Source: an uncultured Chryseobacterium sp. (GTDB lineage: Bacteria > Bacteroidota > Bacteroidia > Flavobacteriales_C > GCA-002722245). From it: a stretch of DNA of 64,000 bases. This document shows, in pieces, positions 48,082 through 58,636 of this stretch. A model generated the notes under the pieces. It did no database searches, was not told the DNA's origin, and saw nothing but the letters and a program-made list of their open reading frames with translations. How positions within the stretch are numbered: the first letter of the stretch is position 1; each line of letters opens with the position of its first letter. The DNA is taken from the NCBI GenBank assembly GCA_964406465.1, contig CAYORT010000002.1, positions 58,414 to 122,413 of the forward strand, written 5' to 3'. Both the position numbers and the translations under genes were made by a program.

Positions 48082-48693
48082 ATGGATAGCACAAAAATAT
48101 TTCACGGCTTACTAAATGACCAAGTAAAACAAAGTGGGCAAATTAAATCATTTCCTGCAGAAACAATCATCATTAATGAAGACAGCTACATCAAATCCAT
48201 TCCAATAGTTTTAAAAGGAAGTATTCGCGTAATGCGAACCGACGACGACGGCAAAGAAATATTGTTGTACTACATTCGACCGGGAGAAAGCTGTATCATG
48301 TCTTTTCTAGGTGGCATTCATCACGAAACAAGCAAAGTAAAGGCTATCGCAGAAGAAGATGTTGAAATTTTGATGATACCGCTAGAAAAAGCAAGTGAAT
48401 GGATAAAGGAATATCCAGAATGGACCGATTTTATTTTTAAACTGTACCACAAGAGATTTGAAGAACTTTTAGGCGTAGTAAATGCTGTAGCTTTTCAGAA
48501 ACTCGACACCAGAATCTTACAGTTACTAGAACAAAAATCGTTGCTGCACAACAGTAAAGAAATCGCCATCACCCATCAACAACTGGCTGATGAAATGGGA
48601 ACTTCTCGAGAGGCCGTTTCACGCATTCTTAAACAAATGGAAAACGCCCATCTCATTAAATTGGGAAGAAACAAGATACTAATGACATCTTAA
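48082..48693 (+). CDS. Crp/Fnr-family transcriptional regulator
   Basis: cNMP-binding beta-roll plus C-terminal HTH motif TSREAVSRILKQM. Confidence 0.8.
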   Translation: MDSTKIFHGLLNDQVKQSGQIKSFPAETIIINEDSYIKSIPIVLKGSIRVMRTDDDGKEILLYYIRPGESCIMSFLGGIHHETSKVKAIAEEDVEILMIPLEKASEWIKEYPEWTDFIFKLYHKRFEELLGVVNAVAFQKLDTRILQLLEQKSLLHNSKEIAITHQQLADEMGTSREAVSRILKQMENAHLIKLGRNKILMTS

Positions 48694-48817
48694 TAGCTTT
48701 CCAGCAAGCATCGTGTTTACTTTTTGTGAACTTCTCGTTACTTAAATATTAAGCTTACAAAAAGCCTTTTCAGCACTTTTGTTTTCGCCTATTTTCACCT
48801 TCCACATACCGTTGAAA

Positions 48818-49720
48818 ATGGCAGACAAAGTTAGATTAGTATTATTACTCTTTATCATTAGTGGTCTCTATTTCTGTTCTGATTCACTCAATAAAAAACA
48901 CAACAACGATATCGTCAAGATTCAACTAAAAGCTAAACATATCGCCAATTTCCCCGATGAACTTTTTGAGTCTTCTGGACTTCTATACGACAACCACAAG
49001 CTTTTTACCATCAATGACAATGCGGGTTTGGCTTGTATTTATGGGGTAGATTCAATAAGCGGAAAAATAACACAAGAGATAATGTTGAACAACACAAAGA
49101 ATTTCGATTGGGAAGACATTACTTCAGATAGTCTTTACTTTTATATTGGTGATTTTGGAAACAACTTCGGTGCCCGCAGAAACTTGAGAATTCTTAAGAT
49201 TAAAAAATCTGAAATCACAAATGACAAGCTTATTAAAGTTACAGCCGACTCGATCACTTTTGATTACAAAAATCAGTTGGATTTTAGAGAAAATGAAAAC
49301 ACCTCATATGACTGTGAAGCCATGATTACTGTTAATGATTTTCTATACTTATTTTCTATGAATAGAGGAGGCAACGACTGTGCAATTTATAAATTACCAA
49401 AAGATTCAGGACACTTTCATCTTTCTCCAATAGCCCATTTTGATGCAAAAGGACGAATCACAGGTGCCACTTACAATAAATCAAAAAATGAAGTATTGTT
49501 AATTGGTTATTCTTCAATTAGAAATTTCCCATTTATCTGGCGTTTCAACAATTTTAAAAATGACGAATTTACCAAGGGTAATCAACAATTGTATTCTATT
49601 GGAAACGAAAAATTTTGGCAAACAGAAGGAATCACTTTTGCAGGCAACAGCAAGATTTATTTTTCATGTGAGGTTTCTGGTGAAAATCCAGCCGGACTCT
49701 ACCAAGTAAATTTAGATTGA
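48818..49720 (+). CDS. Hypothetical lipoprotein, probably a beta-propeller (SdiA-regulated/YjiK-like)
   Basis: Signal/lipobox LLLFIISGLYFCSD. No catalytic motif. The ORF-track start at 48779 is a TTG; ATG 48818 is preferred. Confidence 0.4.
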   Translation: MADKVRLVLLLFIISGLYFCSDSLNKKHNNDIVKIQLKAKHIANFPDELFESSGLLYDNHKLFTINDNAGLACIYGVDSISGKITQEIMLNNTKNFDWEDITSDSLYFYIGDFGNNFGARRNLRILKIKKSEITNDKLIKVTADSITFDYKNQLDFRENENTSYDCEAMITVNDFLYLFSMNRGGNDCAIYKLPKDSGHFHLSPIAHFDAKGRITGATYNKSKNEVLLIGYSSIRNFPFIWRFNNFKNDEFTKGNQQLYSIGNEKFWQTEGITFAGNSKIYFSCEVSGENPAGLYQVNLD

Positions 49721-49754
49721 ATTCCATACATTTGGTTTCATAAATTAATATCCT

Positions 49755-50198
49755 ATGACTTTAGAAGAAAAAATTAATGCAGATATCAAGACGGCGATGT
49801 TGGCCAAAGAAGCTAAAAAACTTGAAGCTTTAAGAGCTGTAAAATCAGCTATATTATTGCTTAAAACATCACCCGAAGGCCACACCACAGAAAGCGAAAC
49901 GAAGGCTTTATTAAAAATGGTAAAGCAAAGAAAAGAAACTGCCGATTTATATATTTCTCAAAACCGCGAAGATTTAGCTGCCGATGAAACATTCCAAGCA
50001 GGTGTTATAGAAGCGTATCTACCTCAACAAATGACTGCCGACGAAATCAAAATTGAAGTAGAAAAAATCATTGCTCAGTTGGGCGCTAGCTCCCCAGCAG
50101 ATATGGGCAAAGTAATGGGCGCTGCCAACAAAGCAATGGCTGGAAAAGCTGATGGTAAAATAATCTCGGGAATTGTTAAAGAAATTCTTTCGAAGTAA
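49755..50198 (+). CDS. GatB/YqeY-domain protein
   Basis: N-terminal IKTAMLAKEAKKLEALRAVKSAI is typical of the YqeY family. The 147-aa length fits. Confidence 0.8.
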   Translation: MTLEEKINADIKTAMLAKEAKKLEALRAVKSAILLLKTSPEGHTTESETKALLKMVKQRKETADLYISQNREDLAADETFQAGVIEAYLPQQMTADEIKIEVEKIIAQLGASSPADMGKVMGAANKAMAGKADGKIISGIVKEILSK

Positions 50199-50228
50199 TT
50201 GCATAAACTAGGGGAACAATTTGTTTTC

Positions 50229-51158
50229 CTAGTTTCTTATCGACGCCAACTTTAATTTTGCCTTCTCATAAGTTGGATCCAACTCCAAACACTTTTCATA
50301 ATTTATTCTTGCTTCCTTCATTTGCTTTGCTTGCTCGCAAATTAAGCCCAACATGAAAAATGCTTTCGCATTTCTATACTGTCCTGCTATTTGAAATAGC
50401 TTGCTGGCTTCAGCAAACTTCCCCGAATCGTAAAGAATAACACCACTATTGTAAACAGAGCTTCCATAAAAATTATTCCCCTCTGGCACAGTGGCATAAA
50501 TCTTAAGCGCCTTGTTTGGCGCGCCATGAACTTGATAAAAACGGGCTTTATTGAATAAAACTTCTGCAGAATTTGGCCGAAGCGAAAGCGCATTATCGAA
50601 ATACTGAACTGCTGTGGAATCATGCTTAGCTGAAGCTAAAATTCCTAATTGCACAAAGGCATCGTAGTAATTCGCATCTTGCTCCACCACAGTTTGAAAG
50701 TTTGAAAAGGCTTTTACTGTGTCACCTAATTCTTTGTATGACATTCCCTTTAAAAAATACGCTTTTGCGTTATTTCGTTCTTTTTTAAGTACATCATTTG
50801 CCGAAATGATTACCTTTTCAAATTGCCGCAAATACAAATGAAACTCGCTCAATTTCAAATTAACAGTAACATTGGTGGAATCAAAATCTCTAGCCCTACT
50901 TAGCATATAGTAAGCTTCCTTAAAATCGCCTTTACTTAGTAATAAATCGGCATACAAAACATTTATTTCCACATTGGCTGAGTCGTGCTGCAGCATTTCC
51001 TTGATTACCACTTCTGCTTGTGCCACCTGCCCTTGCTCAAGTAGGTCTTTAATGTAGTTTGCATCCTCGCTTTTGCTACCGCAAGAAAACAAAAATAGAG
51101 CCCCCAAGACAGGGAGAACTAAAAAACACGACAAATAAAAACCTAACTTACTCAGCAT
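50229..51158 (-). CDS. TPR-repeat lipoprotein
   Basis: Lipobox LFLFSCGS. At least 6 TPR repeats. Start reset to ATG 51158 because the ORF-track TTG at 51218 lies inside a terminator hairpin. Confidence 0.65.
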   Translation of the reverse strand: MLSKLGFYLSCFLVLPVLGALFLFSCGSKSEDANYIKDLLEQGQVAQAEVVIKEMLQHDSANVEINVLYADLLLSKGDFKEAYYMLSRARDFDSTNVTVNLKLSEFHLYLRQFEKVIISANDVLKKERNNAKAYFLKGMSYKELGDTVKAFSNFQTVVEQDANYYDAFVQLGILASAKHDSTAVQYFDNALSLRPNSAEVLFNKARFYQVHGAPNKALKIYATVPEGNNFYGSSVYNSGVILYDSGKFAEASKLFQIAGQYRNAKAFFMLGLICEQAKQMKEARINYEKCLELDPTYEKAKLKLASIRN

Positions 51159-51185
51159 CTGATAGTTATGAGTTAATACAAAAAA

Positions 51186-51214
51186 GAAACGCGTCGTAAG
51201 ACGCGTTTCTCTTA
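51186..51214 (-). terminator. Terminator-like hairpin GAAACGCGTC-TTAC-GACGCGTTTC followed by T6 on the minus strand
   Basis: Perfect 10-bp stem with a T-run on the minus strand. It lies 170 nt downstream of recA and 28 nt upstream of the TPR gene ATG. Confidence 0.55.
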
Positions 51215-51386
51215 TCAACCATAAAATTTATAATCATGGGTTTATCACGTCCATTATTAAAATCTTATTTCTTACTTCAAATTTAAACTTCAAAATCGTT
51301 GTCTGCAAGGGACTGTTAGTAAATTAACAATTAATTTTTTTCGTGTCAGTCCGAGCTTTTCTAGTTTAAATCTGATTATCAAAAAC

Positions 51387-52412
51387 TTAAACCTTAGTTT
51401 TCAAAAGTTCAACAATTTTTGTTTCCAACTCTTCTGCCAATTCGACATTATCGTCCAACATTTGCTTAACCGCATCACGTCCTTGTCCCAATTTGGTGTC
51501 TCCGTAAGCAAACCAAGAGCCCGACTTCTTAATTACGTTCAACTCAACACCTAGATCGATAATCTCTCCGGTTTTAGATATCCCCTTGCCATAAATTATA
51601 TCAAACTCAGCTTTTCTAAATGGAGGAGCCACCTTATTTTTAACAATTTTAACCTTGGTTCTAGAACCTATAACTTCCTCACCTTCTTTAAGTTGTCCTG
51701 ATTTTCTGATGTCAATTCTCACCGAAGCATAAAACTTTAAAGCATTACCACCAGTGGTTGTTTCCGGATTACCAAACATTACCCCAATCTTATCGCGTAA
51801 TTGGTTAATGAAAATAACACAACATCCACTTCTACTGATAGTTGCAGTAAGTTTTCTCAAGGCTTGCGACATTAATCTTGCATGTAAACCCATTTTAGAG
51901 TCTCCCATCTCCCCCTCAATCTCTGCTTTTGGAGTCAAGGCAGCAACTGAATCGACAATAAGTAAGTCAACTGCACCAGAACTAATTAAGTTATCTGCAA
52001 TCTCCAACGCTTGTTCTCCATTATCTGGCTGAGAAATAAGCAATTGCTCGGTATCTACTCCCAATGCCTCTGCATATGAACGATCGAAAGCATGCTCTGC
52101 ATCAATAATTGCGGCAATACCGCCTTTCTTTTGAACTTGAGCAACGGCGTGAATTGCCAAGGTTGTTTTACCAGAAGACTCTGGTCCGAATATCTCTATG
52201 ATTCTACCTTTAGGCAAACCACCCACACCCAAGGCTAAATCTATAGTAACTGATCCAGTAGAAATAACCTCAATAGGCTCTATAGCGGTATCTCCCATTC
52301 TCATTACTGTTCCTTTACCAAAAGATTTATCTAATCTTTCTATGGTCATTTGCAAAGCTTTAAGCTTTTCTGCATTTGCCGAATTTGTTTCTTTTACTTC
52401 TTTAGCTGCCAT
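51387..52412 (-). CDS. recA: Recombinase A
   Basis: Walker [10 protein letters not shown] with an overall RecA pattern. Length 341 aa. Confidence 0.95.
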   Translation of the reverse strand: MAAKEVKETNSANAEKLKALQMTIERLDKSFGKGTVMRMGDTAIEPIEVISTGSVTIDLALGVGGLPKGRIIEIFGPESSGKTTLAIHAVAQVQKKGGIAAIIDAEHAFDRSYAEALGVDTEQLLISQPDNGEQALEIADNLISSGAVDLLIVDSVAALTPKAEIEGEMGDSKMGLHARLMSQALRKLTATISRSGCCVIFINQLRDKIGVMFGNPETTTGGNALKFYASVRIDIRKSGQLKEGEEVIGSRTKVKIVKNKVAPPFRKAEFDIIYGKGISKTGEIIDLGVELNVIKKSGSWFAYGDTKLGQGRDAVKQMLDDNVELAEELETKIVELLKTKV

Positions 52413-52420
52413 GATTTTGT

Positions 52421-52882
52421 TTAATTATAAGTTTCTAATATTTGTTCTGCGTGATTCTTAGTTTTTACTTTATCAAAAATTCTTTCAATTGTACCGTTCT
52501 CGTCTATTACAAAGGTTGTTCTTATTATTCCTTCATATTCAACTCCCATAAATTTCTTTTTACCCCAAACGCCAAAAGAATTGATTACTTTTTTGTCAAC
52601 ATCTGCTATCAACCTAAAAGGCAATTCATATTTCGCTATAAAATTTTGATGTTTTTTCTCTGTGTCTGCACTTACTCCAACCACCTCAAACCCCTTCCTC
52701 TGCAAGGCTGCATAATTATCTCGCAAGTTACAAGATTCTGCTGTACAACCAGGGGTATTATCTTTAGGATAGAAAAACAGCACTACTTTCTTTCCAATAA
52801 AATCAGATAGTCTTATGGGCATACCTCTCTCATCAACGGCTACAACTACTGGGGCTTTATCTCCTATTTTTAATTTTGACAT
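52421..52882 (-). CDS. bcp: Thioredoxin-dependent peroxiredoxin Bcp
   Basis: Active site PGCT...C. 153 aa. It lies directly upstream of recA, an arrangement common in Bacteroidota. Confidence 0.85.
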   Translation of the reverse strand: MSKLKIGDKAPVVVAVDERGMPIRLSDFIGKKVVLFFYPKDNTPGCTAESCNLRDNYAALQRKGFEVVGVSADTEKKHQNFIAKYELPFRLIADVDKKVINSFGVWGKKKFMGVEYEGIIRTTFVIDENGTIERIFDKVKTKNHAEQILETYN

Positions 52883-53020
52883 TTATTTAATCAATTAAAT
52901 GATTGATTTCTTAACAAAGATGAAAATTAAAATTACAAATACAAAATTTTACCAAAGAAAATATCAGATTTTATTTTACCGAGTTATAAACAATAATTGA
53001 TACTTTTAACCTAATTAAAA

Positions 53021-53605
53021 TTGATTGCAATGCTGAAACTCGACGCCAGAATAGAATATAGAGACAAAAGAAATTTACTTACTCCCGAAAAGGTGAATGT
53101 ACTAAGTGAGCAAATTTTTAAGTTATTCTTTCAAAACTTTGATGTTTCCAAATACAAAAACATCCATTTCTTTAATACAATTGTCAAAATGAAAGAGGTG
53201 AATACCGAATTCTTTACCAATGTAATACGAGAAAAGCACCCAGAAATCAGTTTAGTGACAAGCGTTTCCGATATCAACTCTAATCTACTTACGCACTATA
53301 TAGTAAATAAAGACACTATATATAAAGAAAACCTTTTTCGAATTCCCGAACCAACCAATGGTACAAAAATCAGCGAGAAAGAAATTGATCTTGTTTTAGT
53401 TCCAATGTTCCTTTTCGATGAAAAAGGCCATCGTGTGGGTTATGGCAAAGGATATTACGATAGATTTTTAAGAGAGGTAAGCGATAAATGCATCAAAGTA
53501 GGCGTTAACTTCTTTGAGCCGATAGAATCGATAGATGATGCTGATCAATTCGATGTAACTCTTGACTATTGCATCACTCCAGAAAGATTGCACAAATTCA
53601 ATTAG
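53021..53605 (+). CDS. 5-formyltetrahydrofolate cyclo-ligase
   Basis: Motifs DLVLVP...FD..G.R.GYGKGYYDR. Confidence 0.8.
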   Translation: MIAMLKLDARIEYRDKRNLLTPEKVNVLSEQIFKLFFQNFDVSKYKNIHFFNTIVKMKEVNTEFFTNVIREKHPEISLVTSVSDINSNLLTHYIVNKDTIYKENLFRIPEPTNGTKISEKEIDLVLVPMFLFDEKGHRVGYGKGYYDRFLREVSDKCIKVGVNFFEPIESIDDADQFDVTLDYCITPERLHKFN

Positions 53606-53946
53606 CCGCCTTTTCGCTTCACCTGATAACCATCTGCTGTTAGCATTTGAACAATTTTATCGCGAAAATCGCCTTGAATCAATATTTCATTGTCTTTAAC
53701 CGAACCTCCTACACCACATTTAGTCTTGAGCTTTTTACCTAAGGTTTGCAAATCTTCTTCCTTACCCACAAAACCTTCAATTAAAGTTACTGCCTTACCA
53801 CCTCGATTGCGTTTATCTAAACTCACATATAACTTTTGCTGCTTAGGAGGCAAGGTCTCGCTTTCTTCTTCTTTATTGGTTTCAAATTGAAAATTCGGAT
53901 TAGTAGAATACACCGTACCGAGTCTTTCTTTCCAGTCTTTTGCCAT
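53602..53946 (-). CDS. SUI1/YciH-family translation initiation factor
   Basis: Motif RNRGGKAVTLIEGF......L.K.LK...G.GG with start at ATG 53946. Confidence 0.75.
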   Translation of the reverse strand: MAKDWKERLGTVYSTNPNFQFETNKEEESETLPPKQQKLYVSLDKRNRGGKAVTLIEGFVGKEEDLQTLGKKLKTKCGVGGSVKDNEILIQGDFRDKIVQMLTADGYQVKRKGG

Positions 53947-53996
53947 TATTTCCAGTTTTTTCGTTTTTTCAACCCTACAAAACCCATCACTATTAA

Positions 53997-54782
53997 TCAA
54001 ATATAAATCTCTCCTGTTAAATATAAAATAGCTTGACCACTCATCTCTACTCTATCGCCCAACATTTTACATTTTAATACGCCACCTCTTTGAGAAACTT
54101 GTTTGGCCAACATATCTTTTTTACCTAATCGCTCGCTCCAAAAAGGAATCAAGCGCGTGTGCGCAGAACCAGTAACAGGATCTTCATTTATACCAATCTT
54201 AGGAGCAAACATTCGCGACACAAAATCAAATTCTTTTCCTTTTGAAGTAACCACCACTGCTTTTGCATCCCATTTCAATATTTCATTGAAGTTGACTTTC
54301 ATATTTATCACAACATCATCTGAAGCGAAAACCAATAAATAATACCCGCCATTACTTTGATACATTTCTATTGGATTTGCGCCAAATGCCTTTTCGAAAT
54401 CATGCGTAAGATTTGCTTTTTGCACCGCATTCATAGGAAAATTCAAAGTCAGCCTATCCTCATTTTTCGTCACTTCTAAAATTCCACTTTTACACTCAAA
54501 TACAATCTTATCTTTCTTGTAATTCAACATCTCAAACAAGACATAAGCAGAGGCCAAAGTTGCGTGTCCGCACAACGGCACTTCATCTGTTGGGGTAAAC
54601 CAACGGATATAAAATCCTTTTTCGTTCTTCACGAAATACGCCGTTTCTGCCAAATTATTCTCAGCTGCTATCTTTTGCATCAATTCTTCCGAAAGCCATT
54701 CCTCCAAAGGAACAACAGCGGCAGGATTACCGGTAAAAACTTTATCGGCAAAGGCATCTACCTGATATATCTTAAGTTTCAT
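53997..54782 (-). CDS. PhzF-family isomerase
   Basis: N-terminal IYQVDAFADKVFTGNPAAVV, and conserved E in ETAYFV. Confidence 0.85.
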   Translation of the reverse strand: MKLKIYQVDAFADKVFTGNPAAVVPLEEWLSEELMQKIAAENNLAETAYFVKNEKGFYIRWFTPTDEVPLCGHATLASAYVLFEMLNYKKDKIVFECKSGILEVTKNEDRLTLNFPMNAVQKANLTHDFEKAFGANPIEMYQSNGGYYLLVFASDDVVINMKVNFNEILKWDAKAVVVTSKGKEFDFVSRMFAPKIGINEDPVTGSAHTRLIPFWSERLGKKDMLAKQVSQRGGVLKCKMLGDRVEMSGQAILYLTGEIYI

Positions 54783-55117
54783 ATCTCTTCAATGATTGAT
54801 TCTCCCTTGCTTTTGTCACCACTCGTCCACTCCCATTTTTCATGCAATCGAATTTTACCATTCGGCAAAACCTCGGGTGTCGACAAACAAATACCGGTCA
54901 TTAGTTCTCCTTTTAAATTGAGCTGTTGATAACGCATATTCAAACAACCATTTTTATCAACTAAGGCAATCAAATTCCCCGAAATGATTTGTCCACCAGA
55001 ATAATTAGCAGTTACTACATTACCCTCCTGGAAATAATAAAAAATGGTTTCCGAAGATGTTTCTCCATTTTCTGTATTTGCGATAGGGCGAAATCGCTTA
55101 TTATGATAAGATATCAT
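54779..55117 (-). CDS. Hypothetical protein (112 aa)
   Basis: An ORF with start and stop overlaps to its neighbours in the same operon. No motif is recognised. Confidence 0.35.
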   Translation of the reverse strand: MISYHNKRFRPIANTENGETSSETIFYYFQEGNVVTANYSGGQIISGNLIALVDKNGCLNMRYQQLNLKGELMTGICLSTPEVLPNGKIRLHEKWEWTSGDKSKGESIIEEI

Positions 55118-55118
55118 T

Positions 55119-55562
55119 TTACTTCCGTGTTGCTATATAAACTCCAACCACAACTAAACCTACACCCAGTATTTTTTTCCAAGTTATTGCTTGCTGAACT
55201 GCACCCATTACGCCAAAATGATCATAAGCAAGCGAAGTAATAAGTTGACCGGCAATTATCAATACAAACATATTAGCACTGCCTATCTGGGGCAGAGCGA
55301 AGATTATAGCTGAAACAAAAAATGCCCCTAATACACCTCCCAGAAATTCATGCCATTGTAATGTTTTTAGAGTTGAAACAGATGGAAACCCTTGGCGCAT
55401 CAATACAACCGCAAAAAACAACACTATAGTTCCAACGGCAAAAGAGATAAAAGCAGCAGCAAAAGGATTATTGATACTATGCCTTAACTCACTGTTTACG
55501 CTTGCTTGCGTGGTGATTGTAAATCCACACAAAATAGGCAGGATATAAAATAAGTATTTCAC
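55119..55562 (-). CDS. DMT-superfamily small transporter (DUF606/YdcZ-like)
   Basis: Four or five TM helices within 147 aa. Confidence 0.6.
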   Translation of the reverse strand: MKYLFYILPILCGFTITTQASVNSELRHSINNPFAAAFISFAVGTIVLFFAVVLMRQGFPSVSTLKTLQWHEFLGGVLGAFFVSAIIFALPQIGSANMFVLIIAGQLITSLAYDHFGVMGAVQQAITWKKILGVGLVVVGVYIATRK

Positions 55563-55568
55563 GACGCA

Positions 55569-55796
55569 TTATTTTTTATCCAGCGGACCGCGCATTTTCA
55601 CTATCAGTCCGTTTAAAAAATTTCTCATCACCTGATCGCCGCAAATACGATAATTGGGATGATCTTCCTTCCTGAAAAATGCACTTAATTCTGATTTAGA
55701 AATTTCGAAATTCGATAATTTCAAAATCTCAATAATATCGTCATCACGAAGTTGCAACGCAACTCGCAATTTTTTCAAAATATCGTTATTTACCAT
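55569..55796 (-). CDS. DUF1456 (YehS-like) small protein
   Basis: A 75-aa protein with N-terminal motif NNDILKKLRVAL. Confidence 0.5.
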   Translation of the reverse strand: MVNNDILKKLRVALQLRDDDIIEILKLSNFEISKSELSAFFRKEDHPNYRICGDQVMRNFLNGLIVKMRGPLDKK

Positions 55797-56370
55797 CTTT
55801 CACTTTTTTCTTTTTTTCTTTCTTTTTTTTCGGATTGCGATTCACTTTAGAAGACAAATACTGTTTCAATGCATGCTCACTAATATTCTTAGCCACAATA
55901 ACCCCTTTTTCATCTAAAAGCAAATTAGCTGGAATAGCATCAATCATATACATCCTTGCTGTTGCACCATACCAATATTGAAAATCTGTTACATGATTGC
56001 CCCACTCCAAGCTATCTTTGGCAATCGCATTTTTCCAAGCGTCACTAGCGTTTTGTCTTTCTAGAGCAACACTATAGATAGTAAAACCACTTGCGTTTGT
56101 GTACAAGGAATCCTTGTAGGTTCTGTATAGCTTAACCAATGTAGGGTTAAATCGTCGGCATGGTCCGCACCAGCTTGCCCAAAAATCTACTAAAACATAT
56201 TTACCTCTTGTTGATGATAATTTTATAGTATCACCATTCAACCCCGGCAATGCAATTTCGGGAGCAGTATTACCTACCTCGATTCCAACAGTTGGAGCAC
56301 TTTCTTTTTCTTTAAATGATATTACAACCAATGCTACTGCAACCAACAATGCTATTTTAAGTGTTTTCAT
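55786..56370 (-). CDS. TlpA-family periplasmic thiol-disulfide oxidoreductase
   Basis: Signal peptide and WASWCGPC thioredoxin motif. Confidence 0.85.
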   Translation of the reverse strand: MKTLKIALLVAVALVVISFKEKESAPTVGIEVGNTAPEIALPGLNGDTIKLSSTRGKYVLVDFWASWCGPCRRFNPTLVKLYRTYKDSLYTNASGFTIYSVALERQNASDAWKNAIAKDSLEWGNHVTDFQYWYGATARMYMIDAIPANLLLDEKGVIVAKNISEHALKQYLSSKVNRNPKKKKEKKKKVKDGK

Positions 56371-56441
56371 AAAGTGTTTTTAAGTAAAAAGTCCCCCGAA
56401 TTTCTTCGGAGGACCAAAATTATAAATTAAGAAATTTTAGA

Positions 56442-56633
56442 CTAAGCAAGTCTAACATTTACAGCATTTACTCCTTTTTTTCCGTCTTGAAGATCAAACG
56501 TTACTTCGTCGTTTTCTTTGATTTTATCAACCAAACCTGAAACGTGCACGAAATACTCTTTGTTTGATGCCGCGTCTTTAATGAAACCAAAACCTTTGGT
56601 ATCATTGAAAAATTTTACTGAACCGTTATTCAT
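56442..56633 (-). CDS. Cold-shock protein (CspA family)
   Basis: RNP1 motif KGFGFI and RNP2 motif FVHVS. 63 aa. Confidence 0.9.
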   Translation of the reverse strand: MNNGSVKFFNDTKGFGFIKDAASNKEYFVHVSGLVDKIKENDEVTFDLQDGKKGVNAVNVRLA

Positions 56634-56680
56634 ATTATATTAAATTAAGCTGTAAAGATATAAAAATTTATCTTCGCTTT

Positions 56681-57892
56681 ATGAAAATCGCAATAATAGG
56701 TGCTGGAGCTGCCGGGTATTTCGCCGCCATTTCATGCAAGAATCATTTTCCTGAAGCACAAGTTTCCATTCTCGAAAAATCAAATAAAGTACTCTCAAAA
56801 GTGAAAATTTCTGGCGGAGGAAGATGTAATGTCACTCATGCCTGTTTTAGCATATCTGAACTTTCAAAATTCTACCCTCGAGGAGAAAAACATCTAAAAA
56901 AATCGTTTGGTATTTTCAATACAAACCATACTGTTGCTTGGTTTAAAGCCAGAGGAGTGGAATTGAAAACAGAAGCCGACAACAGGATGTTTCCCATCAC
57001 CGACAACTCTCAAACCATCATCGATTGCCTTACCCTTGAAGCAGAAAAACTAAACATAGACGTTCGTCTTGGTTTTGGTGTAGATGAGCTATTAAAGACG
57101 CCGAATGGATTCGAAATAACTAGCAATAAAGAATTATTTTATTTCGATAAAATAATTGTTGCAACGGGTGGAAACCCAAAATTAGAAGGGTTTAGTTGGT
57201 TATCTTCATTTAATCATGAAATCATTCCCCCTTTTCCATCGCTATTTACCTTCAACATGCCTTCTGAAAAAACGGAAGCATTAATGGGAGTAGTTACCCC
57301 CAATACAATTGTTAGAATACAAGGCACAAACCTTCAACAACAAGGTCCTTTGCTAATTACACATTGGGGCATGAGTGGTCCTGCGATTTTAAAGTTATCG
57401 GCATGGGGAGCAAGAATTTTAAGCGATTTAAAATACAATTTCATTTTATTAGTGAATTGGACCGGGCTAGCCAATGAAGAAATAGTGAGAGAGAAGGTTA
57501 TGAACGCTAGATTGGAGAGCGCTAAAAAGAAAATCATCAACGCCAATCCTTTCGATTTAACAGCCCGAATGTGGGAGTATTTGCTAAATAGAGTGGAAAT
57601 TAATCACGATATCATTTGGAGTGAATTACCCAAAAAAGAGCAAAACCGCCTCATCAACACTCTTTTTAACGACGCTTATAAAGTTGAAGGAAAAACCACA
57701 TTTAAGGAAGAGTTCGTTACTTGCGGTGGTATTTCCCTTGCTGAAGTAAATATGAACACCATGGAAAGCAGAAAACAAGAAGGGTTATTCTTTGCTGGCG
57801 AGGTACTAGATATTGATGGTGTAACGGGTGGATTTAACTTTCAAGCAGCCTGGACTACCGGATTTATAGCAGGTAAATTGGGAAAGGGATAA
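56681..57892 (+). CDS. HI0933/YhiN-family NAD(P)/FAD-binding flavoprotein
   Basis: N-terminal IAIIGAGAAGYFAA. Motifs SGGGRCNVTH and GG..N. Confidence 0.8.
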   Translation: MKIAIIGAGAAGYFAAISCKNHFPEAQVSILEKSNKVLSKVKISGGGRCNVTHACFSISELSKFYPRGEKHLKKSFGIFNTNHTVAWFKARGVELKTEADNRMFPITDNSQTIIDCLTLEAEKLNIDVRLGFGVDELLKTPNGFEITSNKELFYFDKIIVATGGNPKLEGFSWLSSFNHEIIPPFPSLFTFNMPSEKTEALMGVVTPNTIVRIQGTNLQQQGPLLITHWGMSGPAILKLSAWGARILSDLKYNFILLVNWTGLANEEIVREKVMNARLESAKKKIINANPFDLTARMWEYLLNRVEINHDIIWSELPKKEQNRLINTLFNDAYKVEGKTTFKEEFVTCGGISLAEVNMNTMESRKQEGLFFAGEVLDIDGVTGGFNFQAAWTTGFIAGKLGKG

Positions 57893-58036
57893 ATCTCAAC
57901 TCCTATATAGGACTAGATCGACCAATTATTGATTTTCAACTATTGAATTAGAATTGTTTACAATAAATACAAATCAATTTGAATTGAGGCTTCACAACGT
58001 AAATGTTTTTTAGATTTATCTTTATAAAGTACTTCA

Positions 58037-58636
58037 ATGAAATCTACATTAATACTTATATTTCTTTCGATTACTTCTCTTTTCTTGAGCGCTCAAGACA
58101 CCTTGTCGGGAGGACAGCTGAGCTTAGGAGGCAGGAGCACCTTAAGCTTATTCGACTCAGATGGATGGGGCCTTGGAACGGGCGGGCAATTTAGGATTCA
58201 ATTAAGCAGCAGAGCAAATACCGATTGGTTTGCCGACTACATCAGCATTAATGTTCAAGATAAAATTCGCAGCGAATATTATCATATCGGATGGTCGGTG
58301 CTATTTTACCCAATTAAAAATACGCGAAATATTCAACCCTATGTTTTGGCCGGACATTGTTTTGATTACAATAAAAAAACAATACTAACCTCTAACACTT
58401 CACTCAATCGCTGGGGATCGGCAGTACAAGGAGGATTAGGCACTCACATTCATTTAAGCAAGCGCTTCGATATTTCTCTCACATGCCAGTATATGATTCA
58501 CCTCACAGCAGAACTCGAATCAGTGATCAACGGAAGCAATGTTTCTATTGTGAAAGGAAACACCAATACCTTTGAAGGCCATATGCTAAGCACTTTAAGT
58601 GTAAACTATAAATTATTTCATTTATGGGGAAAATAA
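58037..58636 (+). CDS. Small outer-membrane beta-barrel protein (OmpW/porin-like)
   Basis: Signal peptide and beta-strand periodicity. Confidence 0.45.
   Translation: MKSTLILIFLSITSLFLSAQDTLSGGQLSLGGRSTLSLFDSDGWGLGTGGQFRIQLSSRANTDWFADYISINVQDKIRSEYYHIGWSVLFYPIKNTRNIQPYVLAGHCFDYNKKTILTSNTSLNRWGSAVQGGLGTHIHLSKRFDISLTCQYMIHLTAELESVINGSNVSIVKGNTNTFEGHMLSTLSVNYKLFHLWGK

Noticed and set aside
52886-52910. The 7-bp inverted repeat AATCAATTAAATGATTGATT upstream of bcp considered as an operator
   Set aside because: It is short and AT-rich in an AT-rich genome, so chance occurrence is likely.
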